Positions 24,371-36,452 of a DNA stretch of 64,000 bases are shown one piece after another. How positions within the stretch are numbered: position 1 is the stretch's first letter; every line of letters begins with the position of its first letter. A program made the translations under genes and the position numbers. The notes beneath the pieces are model-generated. The model searched no databases, was not told the origin of the DNA, and was given only the letters and a program-made list of their open reading frames with translations. Origin of the DNA: Octopus sinensis (taxonomy: Eukaryota); assembly GCF_006345805.1 (NCBI RefSeq), contig NC_043004.1:105462001-105526000 (forward strand), read 5' to 3'.

Positions 24371-24911
24371 AAATATGAGTGAGCAAATAATAGTAAATAA
24401 CACTATACTTTTGATAGGTGTTTTATATATTTTGCATAAATTGTTTGAATAATAGTTTGACTCAGCTGCACATGACTTAAAGCCCTGTGGGTGTGTAGGA
24501 CAATGTCCATCTCATCAGATGCTGGGAGCTGCTCCTAGAATTTGATGAGATGGATATGTCCTACACTACACACCCATAAAATTGTAAGTCATGTGTTGCT
24601 GAATCAAACTGTTATTACACACACACATGCACACACACATGCATGCACACATGCACACAAATGCACACACACATGCACACACATGCACACACACAAATGA
24701 CGGACTCTCCTGTCGAAGATGATGCATGAGTGTTCAACAAGGAGAAGAATCCAACCAAATAGACAATCAACAGCACACCCACATTACCATTAATGCTAGT
24801 CACCAATATTTGCAATTCATTCACTTCACCTGGTAACTCCTCATGTGATTCCTTAAGCCACCAAAAGCAGTATGGATATGAGCATGAGTATGACTTATCA
24901 AACCAGCATGT

Positions 24912-24912
24912 G

Positions 24913-24947
<35 letters not shown>

Positions 24948-25112
24948 TTAGCGTCCGCTTTCCATGCTGGCATGGGTTGGACGGTTCAACTGGGGTCTGT
25001 GAAGCCGGAAGGCTGCATCAGGCCCAGTCTGATCTGGCAGTGTTTCTACGGCTGGATGCCCTTCCTAACGCCAACCACTCCGTGAGTGTAGTGGGTGCTT
25101 TTTACGTGCCTT
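24912..25112 (-). mobile_element. RTE 3' tail with (GAT)n
   Basis: (cat)n ttagcgtccgctttccatgctggcatgggttggacgg...cccttcctaacgccaacc. Confidence 0.8.
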
Positions 25113-26265
25113 AGCTGAGAAATCACAATGCAGACAGTAGTGGTTTGCAGGTTCTGTTGGTTTCTTTTCCAATTTCCTTGTAACTGTTCTTGATGAAGTA
25201 TCCCTAAAGTTTCAAAAATTTGGAGCTGGAAAAAGCATTCTCTCCTCCAATCTGTACAGATTTTCACAAGTTACTTAAATTTTGCTTTCCTAATGCTCAA
25301 GTGTTTCAATTTATTTTTTAATTTGTCTTTATACTGTAGAAGTGGCTGGCTTACATTGTGTCATGAGTTTACAAACTGACCATAAAAGATTTGGTTTGGT
25401 ATTCAACTTGTATTTGTGCGAATGATATGTCCACACCATAGCATCTGAAACTTAATCAAGAAAGCCTCTTTACCAGATATTTCACACATTTCCTGGATAT
25501 GAGTTCCTTTCTGTAAGTAGATGGTATGTTTTAGCTGGCCAGTTCCTTTACTTGTAGTTACTATTATTGAAATGCCCTAAACAACATAGGCACAATATCA
25601 CAAATTTAGGGAGAGGGGTCAATTGATTAAATTGAATCCAGTATTTGGTTGATATTGTATCTTAGTCTCCCTCCCTCTCATTATATATATCTTCCCCTTT
25701 CTCTCTATCTCTCTATCTACCTATCTCATCATTATCATCATCATCATCATCATCATCATCAATTTATGTCCATGTTCCATGCTGGTATGAGTTGGATGGT
25801 TTGACAGTGGGTTCAAGGACTACCTTGTGCTCTGGTGTCTACTTTGGTATGGTTTCTTTGATTAGATGCCCTTCATAATGTCAACCATTTTACGGCATGT
25901 ACTGAGGGCTTTTTCATGCTACCAGCACTATTAAGGTTGCCACATAACTTACTGGACTACAAACCCTGGGGGAAGTGTGTGTGTGTGCGCACGTGTGTGT
26001 GTGTGTTTGTGGGATCAGCTTCAAGCTAGGGGACAGGGGAGTAAACTATGAGAAAAGGGAGGTTAGAACAGCTTCTTGAAAAGGATCTACCTGGCTACTC
26101 ATATATAGTCAGAAAAAGGGGGACGGGGAAAAGAGACATGATTTGTAAAGGATGCAAAGAGATAGATAATGGTACTCAGGTAATGAGATGGTCCTACACA
26201 CACATCATCATCATCATCATCGTTTAACGTCCGTTTTCTGCGCTAGCACGGGTTGGACGGCAATA

Positions 26266-26316
<51 letters not shown>

Positions 26317-26509
26317 AAACTGTCTAAGAGTCCATAAATCAGGAAGAAATACACTCATATATCTGTCAATAGAGTGGATGTATTATCTCAAGTGTACAGT
26401 ATTATATATCCATTATGGCGGCATGAAACTGATTAGTAAGATTAGCCATACTGATATATAATACAATACACTTTGGATGATATGTACATATATATATATA
26501 TATATATAT

Positions 26510-26594
<85 letters not shown>

Positions 26595-26720
26595 ATATAT
26601 ATAATTGTTCGTTTGTTTTCCACCTGCCTTCGTCTTTTGTCTATTTTCATAAAGCTTCCCGTTATATATATATATATAATATATATATGTATATATATAT
26701 ATATATATATGTGTATATAG

Positions 26721-26777
<57 letters not shown>

Positions 26778-26909
26778 AATGTATATATATACATATATAT
26801 GTATGCATGTATTATGAATTTAGAAACTTTTAGAGACATGAAATAAGTTAATTTTAATAGAACTTGAAGTAGATATACCTGTGAATAATAGCATGCAAAT
26901 ATTCTTTTC

Positions 26910-27115
26910 TACTGTAGGCACAAGGCCCAAAATTTTGGGGAAGGAGGCCAGTGAATTAGATTGACCCCAATATGCAACTGGTACTTAATATATCGAGCCC
27001 GAAAGGATGAAAGGCAAAGTCAACCTTGGTGGAATTTGAACTCACAACGTAAAGACACAAAATACCACTAAGCATTTCACCTGGTGTGCTTAGGTTTCTG
27101 CCAGCTTGCTACCTT
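26910..27115 (-). mobile_element. tRNA-headed SINE family B (Meta-domain-like body)
   Basis: gaaaggatgaaaggcaaagtcaaccttggtggaatttgaactcacaacg. Other copies at about 28030-28240, 43857-44279, 55045-55300, 57050-57210, 59345-59560, 62225-62465 and 63655-63893. Confidence 0.8.
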
Positions 27116-27172
27116 TATAGAATGTAAATATTGGGTTAAGAAACCCCTTGGGTGGAAAAAGTTGAATGTTAC

Positions 27173-27228
27173 CTGTAGAACTTGTACCCACATCTTCTGT
27201 AAACATGACAAGCATACTGCTGTTGTAC
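27173..27228 (-). CDS. internal coding exon (56 nt, phase 0 to 2), VQQQYACHVYRRCGYKFY
   Basis: Acceptor gcttag|GTA, donor CAG|gtaaca. Joins the 138-nt and 251-nt exons in frame. Confidence 0.65.
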
Positions 27229-27441
27229 CTAAGCAATCTTATTTTGTTGTGCTCAAATAACAGTTAACAGTTAAGTAAATACTTTACAGCTTGACCCTAG
27301 AAATATAAAGCTACCTAATGTTGGAATAACCCTTTAGTGTTCTGATATCTCTGTGAAATATAATGCTTATTTATTCACATTGACAAAAATTAGCCATGTA
27401 GCTTTGAGATTACAATGTTCTTTATCACAGTTTAAATTTAC

Positions 27442-27579
27442 CTGGAAGAACAGGGCCAAGAAAGGATACCAACACATTATAATTAAGGTTATTGACAGAA
27501 TAACTCCATATTTTAATGGTTCATGTGACAGGATTCTTTGTCTGAAAAGTTCCAGATACTGAAACAGCCTGCAATATTC
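27442..27579 (-). CDS. internal coding exon (138 nt, phase 0 to 0) with a hydrophobic, TM-like segment
   Basis: Acceptor ctttttattcag|GAA with an in-frame stop upstream, donor CAG|gtaaat. Peptide EYCRLFQYLELFRQRILSHEPLKYGVILSITLIIMCWYPFLALFFQ. Confidence 0.72.
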
Positions 27580-30469
27580 CTGAATAAAAAGTTTATGGTG
27601 TTATCTATCACCACAAATGGACCATTCTCCTTTGAGATTTTTCAGCCAGTTGTACATTTTGAGCAGGGGAACACAAATTCAAGTAATTGCTGGCTACAAG
27701 CCATGCTGAGTAGCCTCCTTTGTCAATGAAAATACACTTTTACTGCATAGTTTCCCTCATAATTTGGTGGTCCAGACTTAGGGCCAGTAGCATTTTTGAC
27801 CATGGGGCCTCCTTTGAATAATAAGAGCTGGTTTTATTTGAAACCAAAAAGGAGTGACTTTACTGGTGACTTGCAGTGCGTCTCCCTTCATGAACTGTAA
27901 CTGAAAGGTCATACAGAATGTGAAACTGTAAGCAGTGCAGTAAAACAGGGTCCAGTATAGTCCAACTATTCTCTTGCCACAAAATGTTTGGCCTTCTACC
28001 TATGTTGAATAGAACTATTGTTGTTGTTGTTATTAGGGCAGCGAGCTGGCAGAATTGTTAGCAGGCAAAATTCTCAGTGGTATATTTTCCGTTTTTATGT
28101 TTTGAGTTCAATTTCTGCCAAAGTTGACTTTGCTTTTCATCTTTACAGGGTTGATAAATAAGTACCAGTTAAGTACTGTGGCCAATGTAATTAACTTGCT
28201 CCCTCATCCAAAATTTCAGGCCTTGTGCCTATAGTAAAAAGGATTATTATTGTTATTGACAAATTCATTAGAGAGTGAAACAATATACCTTGTGACATTT
28301 AGTTGTAGCCCTTTACATTCTCAGCTAAAATCTTACTGAAGGTGACTATCTTTCAATCCTCCAGGGTTGATAAAATAAAGTACCAGTTAAGTTCTGGGTT
28401 TCATATAATCAACTATTCCCTATCCCAAAATTTTGGGCTTTGTACCTATATTTGAAATAACTGTTGTTGTTGGGTGGAATGGAAACTTGGTAGAGCATCA
28501 GACAAATTGACCTGTAGGATTTAGTCAAGTTCCTTTACATCATCATCATCATCATCCTCATCCCCATTTACCGTCCATTTTCCATGCTGGCATGGGTTAG
28601 GTGGTTTGGCAGGAGCTGCCAAGCCTGAGGGCTGCACCAGGCTCAAATTGTCTGTTTTGGCAAAGTGTCTATGGCTGGATGCCCTGCCTAATGCCAACCA
28701 CTTTATAGAGTGCACTGGGTTCTTTTTATGTGGTACCAGCATGAGAGCTTTTTGTGTGATACCAGCATGGGTGCTTTTCACATGGTGCCAGCATGGGTGC
28801 TTTGTATGTGGCATTGGCACAGGTGCTTTTTATATGGCATCAGCACCTCCAGGGTTACCAAGCAACTTGCAAGATGAAGACTTCTCAGGTGGGAGGTTGG
28901 AGTATGATAGAGGGACAGAGATAGCTATCATACTATAGAGACAAAGAAGGACAGGAAAGTGGGAAAGAGAGGGAGAGAAAGATAACAACAGACAAAATGA
29001 GAGAGAGAAAGGGCCTACCCACAGGGAACTGTGTGTGGAGGAGGAGGAGTAGTAGTAGTAGAGAATGGATAGAGGAGATGTTCTATAAGAGTGTGAGGGG
29101 AGATATTTAGAGATAGCAAGTGATGGTGAGAGAAGCTGGAGGGGTCTGTAACGGTAAAAGGTAAAAGGTAAAAGGTAGAGTTATGTTCTTGAGTCACATG
29201 ACTCATAAGGACTGGTTTCCAGGTTTTGTGGTGTATATGTTCCCACCTGGATGGGATGCCAGTCTGTTACAGGATTACTCTCTTTTGCCAGCTGAGTGGA
29301 CTGGAGCAATGTGAAACGAAGTGTTTTGCTCAAGAGCACAACACATTGTCCGGTCCAGGAACTGAAGCCACAATTTGTGCCTCCACAGGGTCTGTAGTGA
29401 GTGGTAGGGTTGTTGGGGGATGGGTTGTGGGTTCTGAGTTCAAATCCTGCCAGGGTTAGGTTTACCTTTTATCCTCCCAGAAGTCAATACAGTTAAGTAC
29501 CAGTCAAGTGCTGGGTCCAGTGTAACCAACTATACATTTCTTCTAAATTTGAGTCCTTATGTCTATGTTAGAAATTATCATTTCTGTTAAGGGCAGATGA
29601 TAGCTGAATCATTGGATTGTTAGATAAAATTCCTTGTGGTATTTAGTGATAATTTTCTACATCCTGAATTCCAATCCATCCAGGGTCAACTTAGTTTTTC
29701 ATCTTCAGGGATTGATAAAATAAATAGCAGTCAAATATTGAGTGTCAATTTAATCAATAATTCCCTCCCACTGAAATTTTTGGTTTTCAAGCCTATGTCA
29801 GAAAGTTTCATCGTCATCATCATTCTCATCATCATCGTTGTTGTTGTTGTTGATGTTGCTGTTGTTTTTATTATCTTTTTTTCCCTTTTCTATTATTGAT
29901 CATCAACTTTCTCCATCAGTCTGTCGATGTTTATTGATGGGATAACAAGCGATGCCAATAATGGCAATATAGCTATTGATTATTATTAGCAACACATTAC
30001 TCTCTATTCAATGAAGTTAATTAGAATGTTTTATGAATCAAAAACTTAATCTCATCAAACATCCACCCACAACAACATCTCTGAGATACATACACACAAA
30101 GACATTGTTCTCCGGGAGCTGTCTAACATGTCACAGATAACACCAACATTTTTTATTGCTTAAACTTATTTTTGCTCTGCTGTTTTCTTGTTTTGTATTA
30201 TGTTTTGTTAGTCTTTTATTCACTTATTGGTTTCAACCAATGAATTGTGACCATGCTGGAGTACCGTCTTGGAGTACCAAGAATCCTTAGTAGATGATAT
30301 CAGTCCCAGGACTTTGGCTTTATTGATGTTTATTAAAAGACCCAGGTTCTCACTTTACCTTTGGGGCAGCAACTCAACGCTGATGAAAAACATGGGGTTT
30401 TCTTTTGACACATTGAGTTATATTAGTATACAGACATGCACCAACACCTCCCAACTCCCACTCACCCCA

Positions 30470-30703
30470 GCCCGATCACCTACCCCACTCACCCCACTAA
30501 CCCACCCACTCATTCCACCCACCCACTCACCCCACCCACTCACCCCACCCACCCACTCATCCCACCCACTCATCCCACCCACTCATCCCATCCACTCACC
30601 CACTCATCCCACCCACTCACTCCACCCACTCATCCCATCCACTCACCCCACCCACTCATCCCACCCACTCATCCCACCCACTCATCCCACCCACTCACTC
30701 CAC
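30470..30703. repeat. minisatellite of CCCACCCACTCAT-like units
   Basis: Direct inspection. Confidence 0.9.
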
Positions 30704-31190
30704 CTATTGTTCTCCTTCAGTTGCACCAGGCTCTCTGGTTTGTTGACGTAAACCCTCTCTTTCAGGTATTCCTACAAGAAAAAATCTGGTCTAGCCAAGT
30801 CTGGGCAATGTGAAGGTCAGTTGATATTGCCGTAGCAAGGAGATTATTCTCTCTCCAAAACACTGCCAAAGCAACTGCATTGTTTCTCTTGTGGTAGAAG
30901 CAGTTGCCCCATCTTGCTGGAATCATGAGTGAGGTCTACTTTAAATGGCTTTCACGTTCCCCAGACTTGACTAGCCTGGATTTTTTTCTTGCGAGGATGC
31001 CTGAAAGAGAGTGGTTACATCAACAAATCAGAGACCCTGGTGCAAGTGAAGGAGAACATCAATAGAGAAATCAAAGAAGTTGGGTCTGAAACCCTTGAGG
31101 GTGTTATGGTGCAAGTTTTGGAAAGAGCACAGGTGTGCAAAGCTGAAAATGGCTGCCATTTAAGCGATGTCCTTTTTCATATGTGATGTA
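30704..31190. mobile_element. back-to-back inverted Tc1/mariner transposase C-terminal fragments
   Basis: Minus 30921-30704: FQQDGATASTTRETMQLL..FGERIIS..PDFFL*EYLKERVYVNKPE. Plus 30945-31186: SRSPDLTSLDFF..CLKESGYINKSETLVQVKENINREI...GCHLSDVLFHM*. Confidence 0.8.
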
Positions 31191-31574
31191 GTGGTGTTGA
31201 AAAATTTGACTTGTGCATATTAATTATATATATATATATATATACCATGATATATGGAATTAAATAATCCGTTAGCATTCATGAAAAGCTCTTTAATTTT
31301 TCATAGCATAAACCATATAGAACATATGGTAATATACATGAGAAAAGAATAAGGAGAATAAAAAGATATAAATGATAGAGAAATATGATGATGAACTTTA
31401 TTTAACACTTTAAAATGATGAATTTTTATTTAACATCATTTTTCTCCATCGTTTATATTTATATATTTGTGTGTATATATATTCTTTTACTTGTTTTAGT
31501 CATTTCATTGTGGCCATGATAGAGCACCACCTTTAGTTGAACAAGTCAACCCCACAACATTCTTTGTAAGCTTG

Positions 31575-32080
31575 TTTGAGGGTCATGCTTTACCACCTCA
31601 TCCCATGTCTTCCCCAGATTCCTTCAACTGTTTGGAAGTGGCACTTCTTCACACAGCTCTCCTCATCTATCCGTATTACATGACCATACCAATGCAAACG
31701 TCTCTCTTACACGCCACATCTGATGCTTCTCATATCCAACATTTCTCTCAGAGTGCTTACACTCTGTTGTGTGTGCACACTGACATTACACATCCAGCAG
31801 ATCATGCTACCTTCATTTCTTTCGAACCTACACATATCTTCAGAGGTCATAGCCCATGATTCACTGCCGTGAAGCATGGCAGTTCACACACATGGCAGTT
31901 CACTCTGAGTGAGAGGCCCTTTGTCACCAGTATAAGTAGAAGCTTTCTGAACTTAGCCCAGGCTATTCTTATTCTAGTGGTAACACTCTCTGAGCATCCA
32001 CCCCCACTACAGACTTGGTCACCTAGATAGCGGAAGCTATCAACTACTTCTAGTTTCTCCCATGGCATGTGACGGAATCT
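31575..32080 (-). pseudogene. RTE LINE ORF2 C-terminal fragment
   Basis: LEVVDSFRYLGDQVCSGGGCSESVTTRIRIAWAKFRKLL..KGLSLRV, then WYGHVIRMDEESCVKKC. Confidence 0.85.
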
Positions 32081-32881
32081 ATTTTCTGAGTATCTGTGGT
32101 GTTTATTGCCCCTGTTGCCCATGTATCTGCTGCATACGAAAGCTTATATATATATATATATAATATATATATGCATACATATATATGACAGGCTTCTTTC
32201 AGTTTCTGTCTACCAAATCCACTCACAAGGCTTTGGTCAGCCCAAGTCTATAATAGAAGACACTTGCCCAAGGTGCTATGCAGTGGGACCGAAACTAGAA
32301 CCTTGTGGTTGGGAAGCAAGCTTCTTACCCAATGCTGCTCTTGCACCTGTACGTATGTATATATGTATGATGAAGGGCCACCAGTGCAGTGATAAGAAAC
32401 AAATGGAAAATTAAATGGATGAGAACTGTGATCATTGTTTTCAATTCATCATATGCTTATTGCTAAAAGTTTGAATCAGAAATGAATATCCAATAAGGAA
32501 TTGCTGGAAAGGTCATGGAAAGTTCCTGTTATACAATGATTTGGTTGTGGACAGGTTCTGAGAGAACTCTGAATATGAGAGAGAGAGTCCTAGTGTAGCC
32601 CTTTTACTAGTAGGAGTTGGGTCATCTGTGTTGCAGACTCTTCATATTTGGATGTTCTGGCTGTCAAACATGACCTGATATGGAATAGCACCTGATGTGA
32701 ATGCAACAGGGTACACTATTCTTACTGTTCAGTATCTCAGAGACCTTCTAGCTAAGTTAGCTTATTTTAAGCTTGACGGATTTGCAATCAACAGCATTGA
32801 TTTGTTAGGCAGTGAATTTATATACAGCATAAGCACACACACACATTTATATATATGCATGTACATACACACATATATGTA

Positions 32882-32981
<100 letters not shown>

Positions 32982-33317
32982 ATATGTTACACTACTCGAT
33001 AGTCAAGATAAAACTCTGAGTTTCAGATGCCGAAGTGGGAATCCACTTGTTATCTTACCGTTTTACCAATATATATATATGTATACACACACACATATAT
33101 ATACATACATTCATACACACACATACATATATATATGTATATATGTATGTATGTATATATGCATGTGTGTATGTAAATAATGAGGTCATTGTATACAGTT
33201 CTCAGGTGCACTACAACTTGTTGGAAAAGGTTAAAAGAGGGGACTGAGAGCAGACAGGTAAGTCAAATAAAGACAACAATGAAAGACAGCAGGAGTACAT
33301 TCATGATCATGATCATG

Positions 33318-33595
33318 ATCATCATCGTTTAACATCCGTTTTCCATGCTAGCATGGGTTGGACAGTTCGACCGGGGTCTGGGAAACAAGGAGGCTGCTCC
33401 AGGCTCCACTCTGATCTGGCAGTGTTTCTACAGCTGGATGCCCTTCCTAATGCCAACCACTCCGTCAAGGCAGTGCTGGCATTGGGTACATTCGGATGGT
33501 GCTTTTTACGTGCCACCAGCACAGGTATCACAACTACAATTTCCATTTGATTCCCATTTTGATGTTGATGTACTTGACTCAATAGGTCTCCTTGA
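33318..33595 (-). mobile_element. RTE 3' UTR tail copy
   Basis: Same family as 33850-34582. Confidence 0.8.
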
Positions 33596-33849
33596 GAGTG
33601 GATTAGGTAGATGGAAACTGAAAAAAGCCATTTTTATATGCATGTTTGTATTTGTGTTTGTCCTCCCATTTGACAACCAATATTGGTGTGCTTACATCCC
33701 CTGCAACGTAGCAGTTCAGCAAAAGGAACCTTTAGAACAAGTACCAGGCTTACAAAAGACAAGTCCTGGAGTCGATTTATTCGACTAATGGTGGGGCACA
33801 GCATAGTCGCGATCAAATGACCGAAACTATATATATATATTTATATATC

Positions 33850-34579
33850 ATCATCATCATCATCGTTTAACGTCCGCTTTCCATGCTAACATGGGTTGGA
33901 TGGTTCAACTGGGGTCTGGGGAGCCCGAAGGTTGCACCAGGCCAGTCAGATCTGGCAGTGTTTCTACAGCTGAATGCCCTTCCTAACGCCAGCCACTCCG
34001 AGAGTGTAGTGGATGATTTTATGTGCCACTGACTCAGGTGCCAGACGAGGCTGGCAAACGGCCATGCTCGGATGGTGTTTTTTATGTGCCACCGACACAA
34101 GTGCCAGATGAGGCTGGCAGACGGCCACGCTCAGATGGTGTTTTTTATGTGCCACCGACACAGGGGCCAGACGAGGCTGGCGAACGGCCACGATCGGATG
34201 GTGTTTGTTACGTGCCCACAGCACGGAGGCCAGTCGATGCGGTACTGGCTACGGCCACGTTCAGATGGTTTTCTTATGTGCCACCGGCACTGGTACCACA
34301 AAGATACAAATTCCATTGATGTTCATCTATTTTGATTTGGTTTGATTTTGGCTTGATTTTCACTTGCCTCAACAGGTCTTCACAAGTGTCACAAGAAGGA
34401 AGGTATGCACAGGTGGACTGACTACGTCCCAGATAGGGGCCACGGGTTATGGCCTCACTAGTTTTGCCGGGTCTTCTCACGCACAGCATACTTCCATAGA
34501 TCTCGGTCTCTAGTCATTTCCTTGGTGAGACCTAAAGTTCGAAGGTTGTGCTTCACCACCTCGTCCCAGGTTTTCCTGG

Positions 34580-34582
<3 letters not shown>
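33850..34582 (-). mobile_element. 5'-truncated RTE LINE: ORF2 end plus complete 3' UTR with about 59-bp tandem repeats and (GAT)n tail
   Basis: RPRKTWDEVVKHNLRTLGLTKEMTRDRDLWKYAVREKTRQ, then a UTR with repeated ggtggcacataaaaaacaccatcc units, ending ggacgttaaacgatgatg. Confidence 0.88.
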
Positions 34583-34635
<53 letters not shown>

Positions 34636-34636
<1 letters not shown>

Positions 34637-35048
34637 GGCGCAGGAGTGGCTGTGTGGTAAGTAGCTTGCTAACCAGCCACATGGTTCCGGGTTCAGTCCC
34701 ACTGCGTGGCACCTTGGGCAAGTGTCTTCTGCTATAGCCCTGGGCCAATCAATGCCTTGTGAGTGGATTTGGTAGATGGAAACTGAAAGAAGCCCGTCGT
34801 ATATATGTATATGTATATGTGTGTGTGCGTGTATGTTTGTATGTCTGTGTTTGTCCCCCTAGCATTGCTTGACAACCGATGCTGGTGTGTTTACGTCCCC
34901 GTTACTTAGCGGTTCGGCAAAAGAGACTGATAGAATAAGTACTGGGCTTACAAAAGAATAAGTACCGGGGTCGAGTTGCTCGATTAGAGGCGGTGCTCCA
35001 GCATGGCCGCAGTCAAATGACTGAAACAAGTAAAAGAGTAAAAGAGTA
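34636..35048 (+). mobile_element. SINE family A, full length
   Basis: Nearly identical to 10193-10610. Confidence 0.9.
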
Positions 35049-35600
35049 TATATACACACACACACATTCTTATTCCTGTTTCAGTCGTTTTGACTGCACC
35101 CATGCTGGAGCATTATTTTAAAAGGTTGTACTCAATCAAATCAACGCCAGGACTCATTCTTTGAGCCCAGTACTTATTCTATCAGTTTCCTTTGCCAAAC
35201 TGTTATGCTACATGGATCTTACAAAAAAACAAGTCCTTGAGTTGACTTGATTGACTAATGGTGGGGCACAGCATAACTGATTCAAGTACACAAAATGAAA
35301 CACAAAATTAAGGGAAAGTGAACATTAAAAGCCATAAAGAATAAGGGTGCATTGGTACATGAGGAGTTGTTTTGGAGGATTTCAAAACGTATGGAATTTT
35401 TTTTAAGGAAGCTGTGTCCTGTTCTGATAGTGAACAAATGTGTGTAGTTTATTCCATTCTTCAACAATTCCAAGTAATAAATTTTTCTAACTGTTGAGCA
35501 TCCTTGGTTAGTTTTTTTTCTCTGATATTAGCACACAGTTTAAGGGTTTATGGAAACTTTCCTAATAAAAATTAAAAAGCCCCAGTTTCAAAGCAGAGAC

Positions 35601-35631
<31 letters not shown>

Positions 35632-36398
35632 GGGGGGGTGGGGGGTGTATGTGTGTGTGTGTCTTTATGTCTTGACATCATATGCTAATTGTAAACAAAA
35701 TGTCACCATCATACAAGTGGCTGTGTTTGTTTACAATTTTCCATGAAAATATGTCCAGCCATTGTGCAGTTCATGCTTTCATGTTTGGAAGCACTCAGTG
35801 GGGAAATATTACCAAGTTTGGGAACAGGTGAAGGTTGGTGACTGGAAGATCATCAAGCCACAGAAAATCTACTGCAACATATTTCTTCTGATTCATGCAA
35901 GCATGCAAAAGTGGATATTTAAATGACGACAATGATAATGATAATGACAGAGATGATGGTGGCGGTAGTGCTACTGACAGTGGTGGTGATGATGATGACA
36001 ACAGCAATGATGATTTATAAAGAATAACAATTAACAAGCACATACTGCTTGAAACCCATTCTGGAATCGTGATAAAACTGACAGTTTTACCATTATTCAA
36101 GGCCTCTTATGTGTCTATTATCTTTTTTTAAAGAGAGTAAGCTGTGATTTAAAGATGATTTGGCTGCTATTTCTGGCAAGTCAAGCAACCACTGGTTTAT
36201 GCTTTTCCTATAGGTGTTGACTTGCAACTTTTCTACAGTATCAGCATTACCAACATGTAAAGTTCAAGAGCTTTCTTCCTGAAAAATCCATGGAAAGAAA
36301 GAAGAGAAAAAAATTAAAGAAAAAAAGCAAACAAATATAACTACAGGCTTAACCTGCACTTTCTCATAAAGCACCCACCTTTCAGCCCCTTTCCTTAC

Positions 36399-36452
36399 AC
36401 ATCCACAGCCTAACTCAGATTCTTCTTCATATAAGTGATATAAAAGATGGAT
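36399..36452 (-). CDS. candidate 54-nt symmetric exon (IHLLYHLYEEESELGCGC)
   Basis: Acceptor tctcttttatag|ATC, donor TGT|gtaagg. Phase 0 to 0 is compatible with the 27579 exon. Unsupported by homology. Confidence 0.35.

Noticed and set aside
34020-34260. CRISPR-like array of about 59-bp units
   Set aside because: These are tandem degenerate repeats without unique spacers, inside a eukaryotic LINE 3' UTR.
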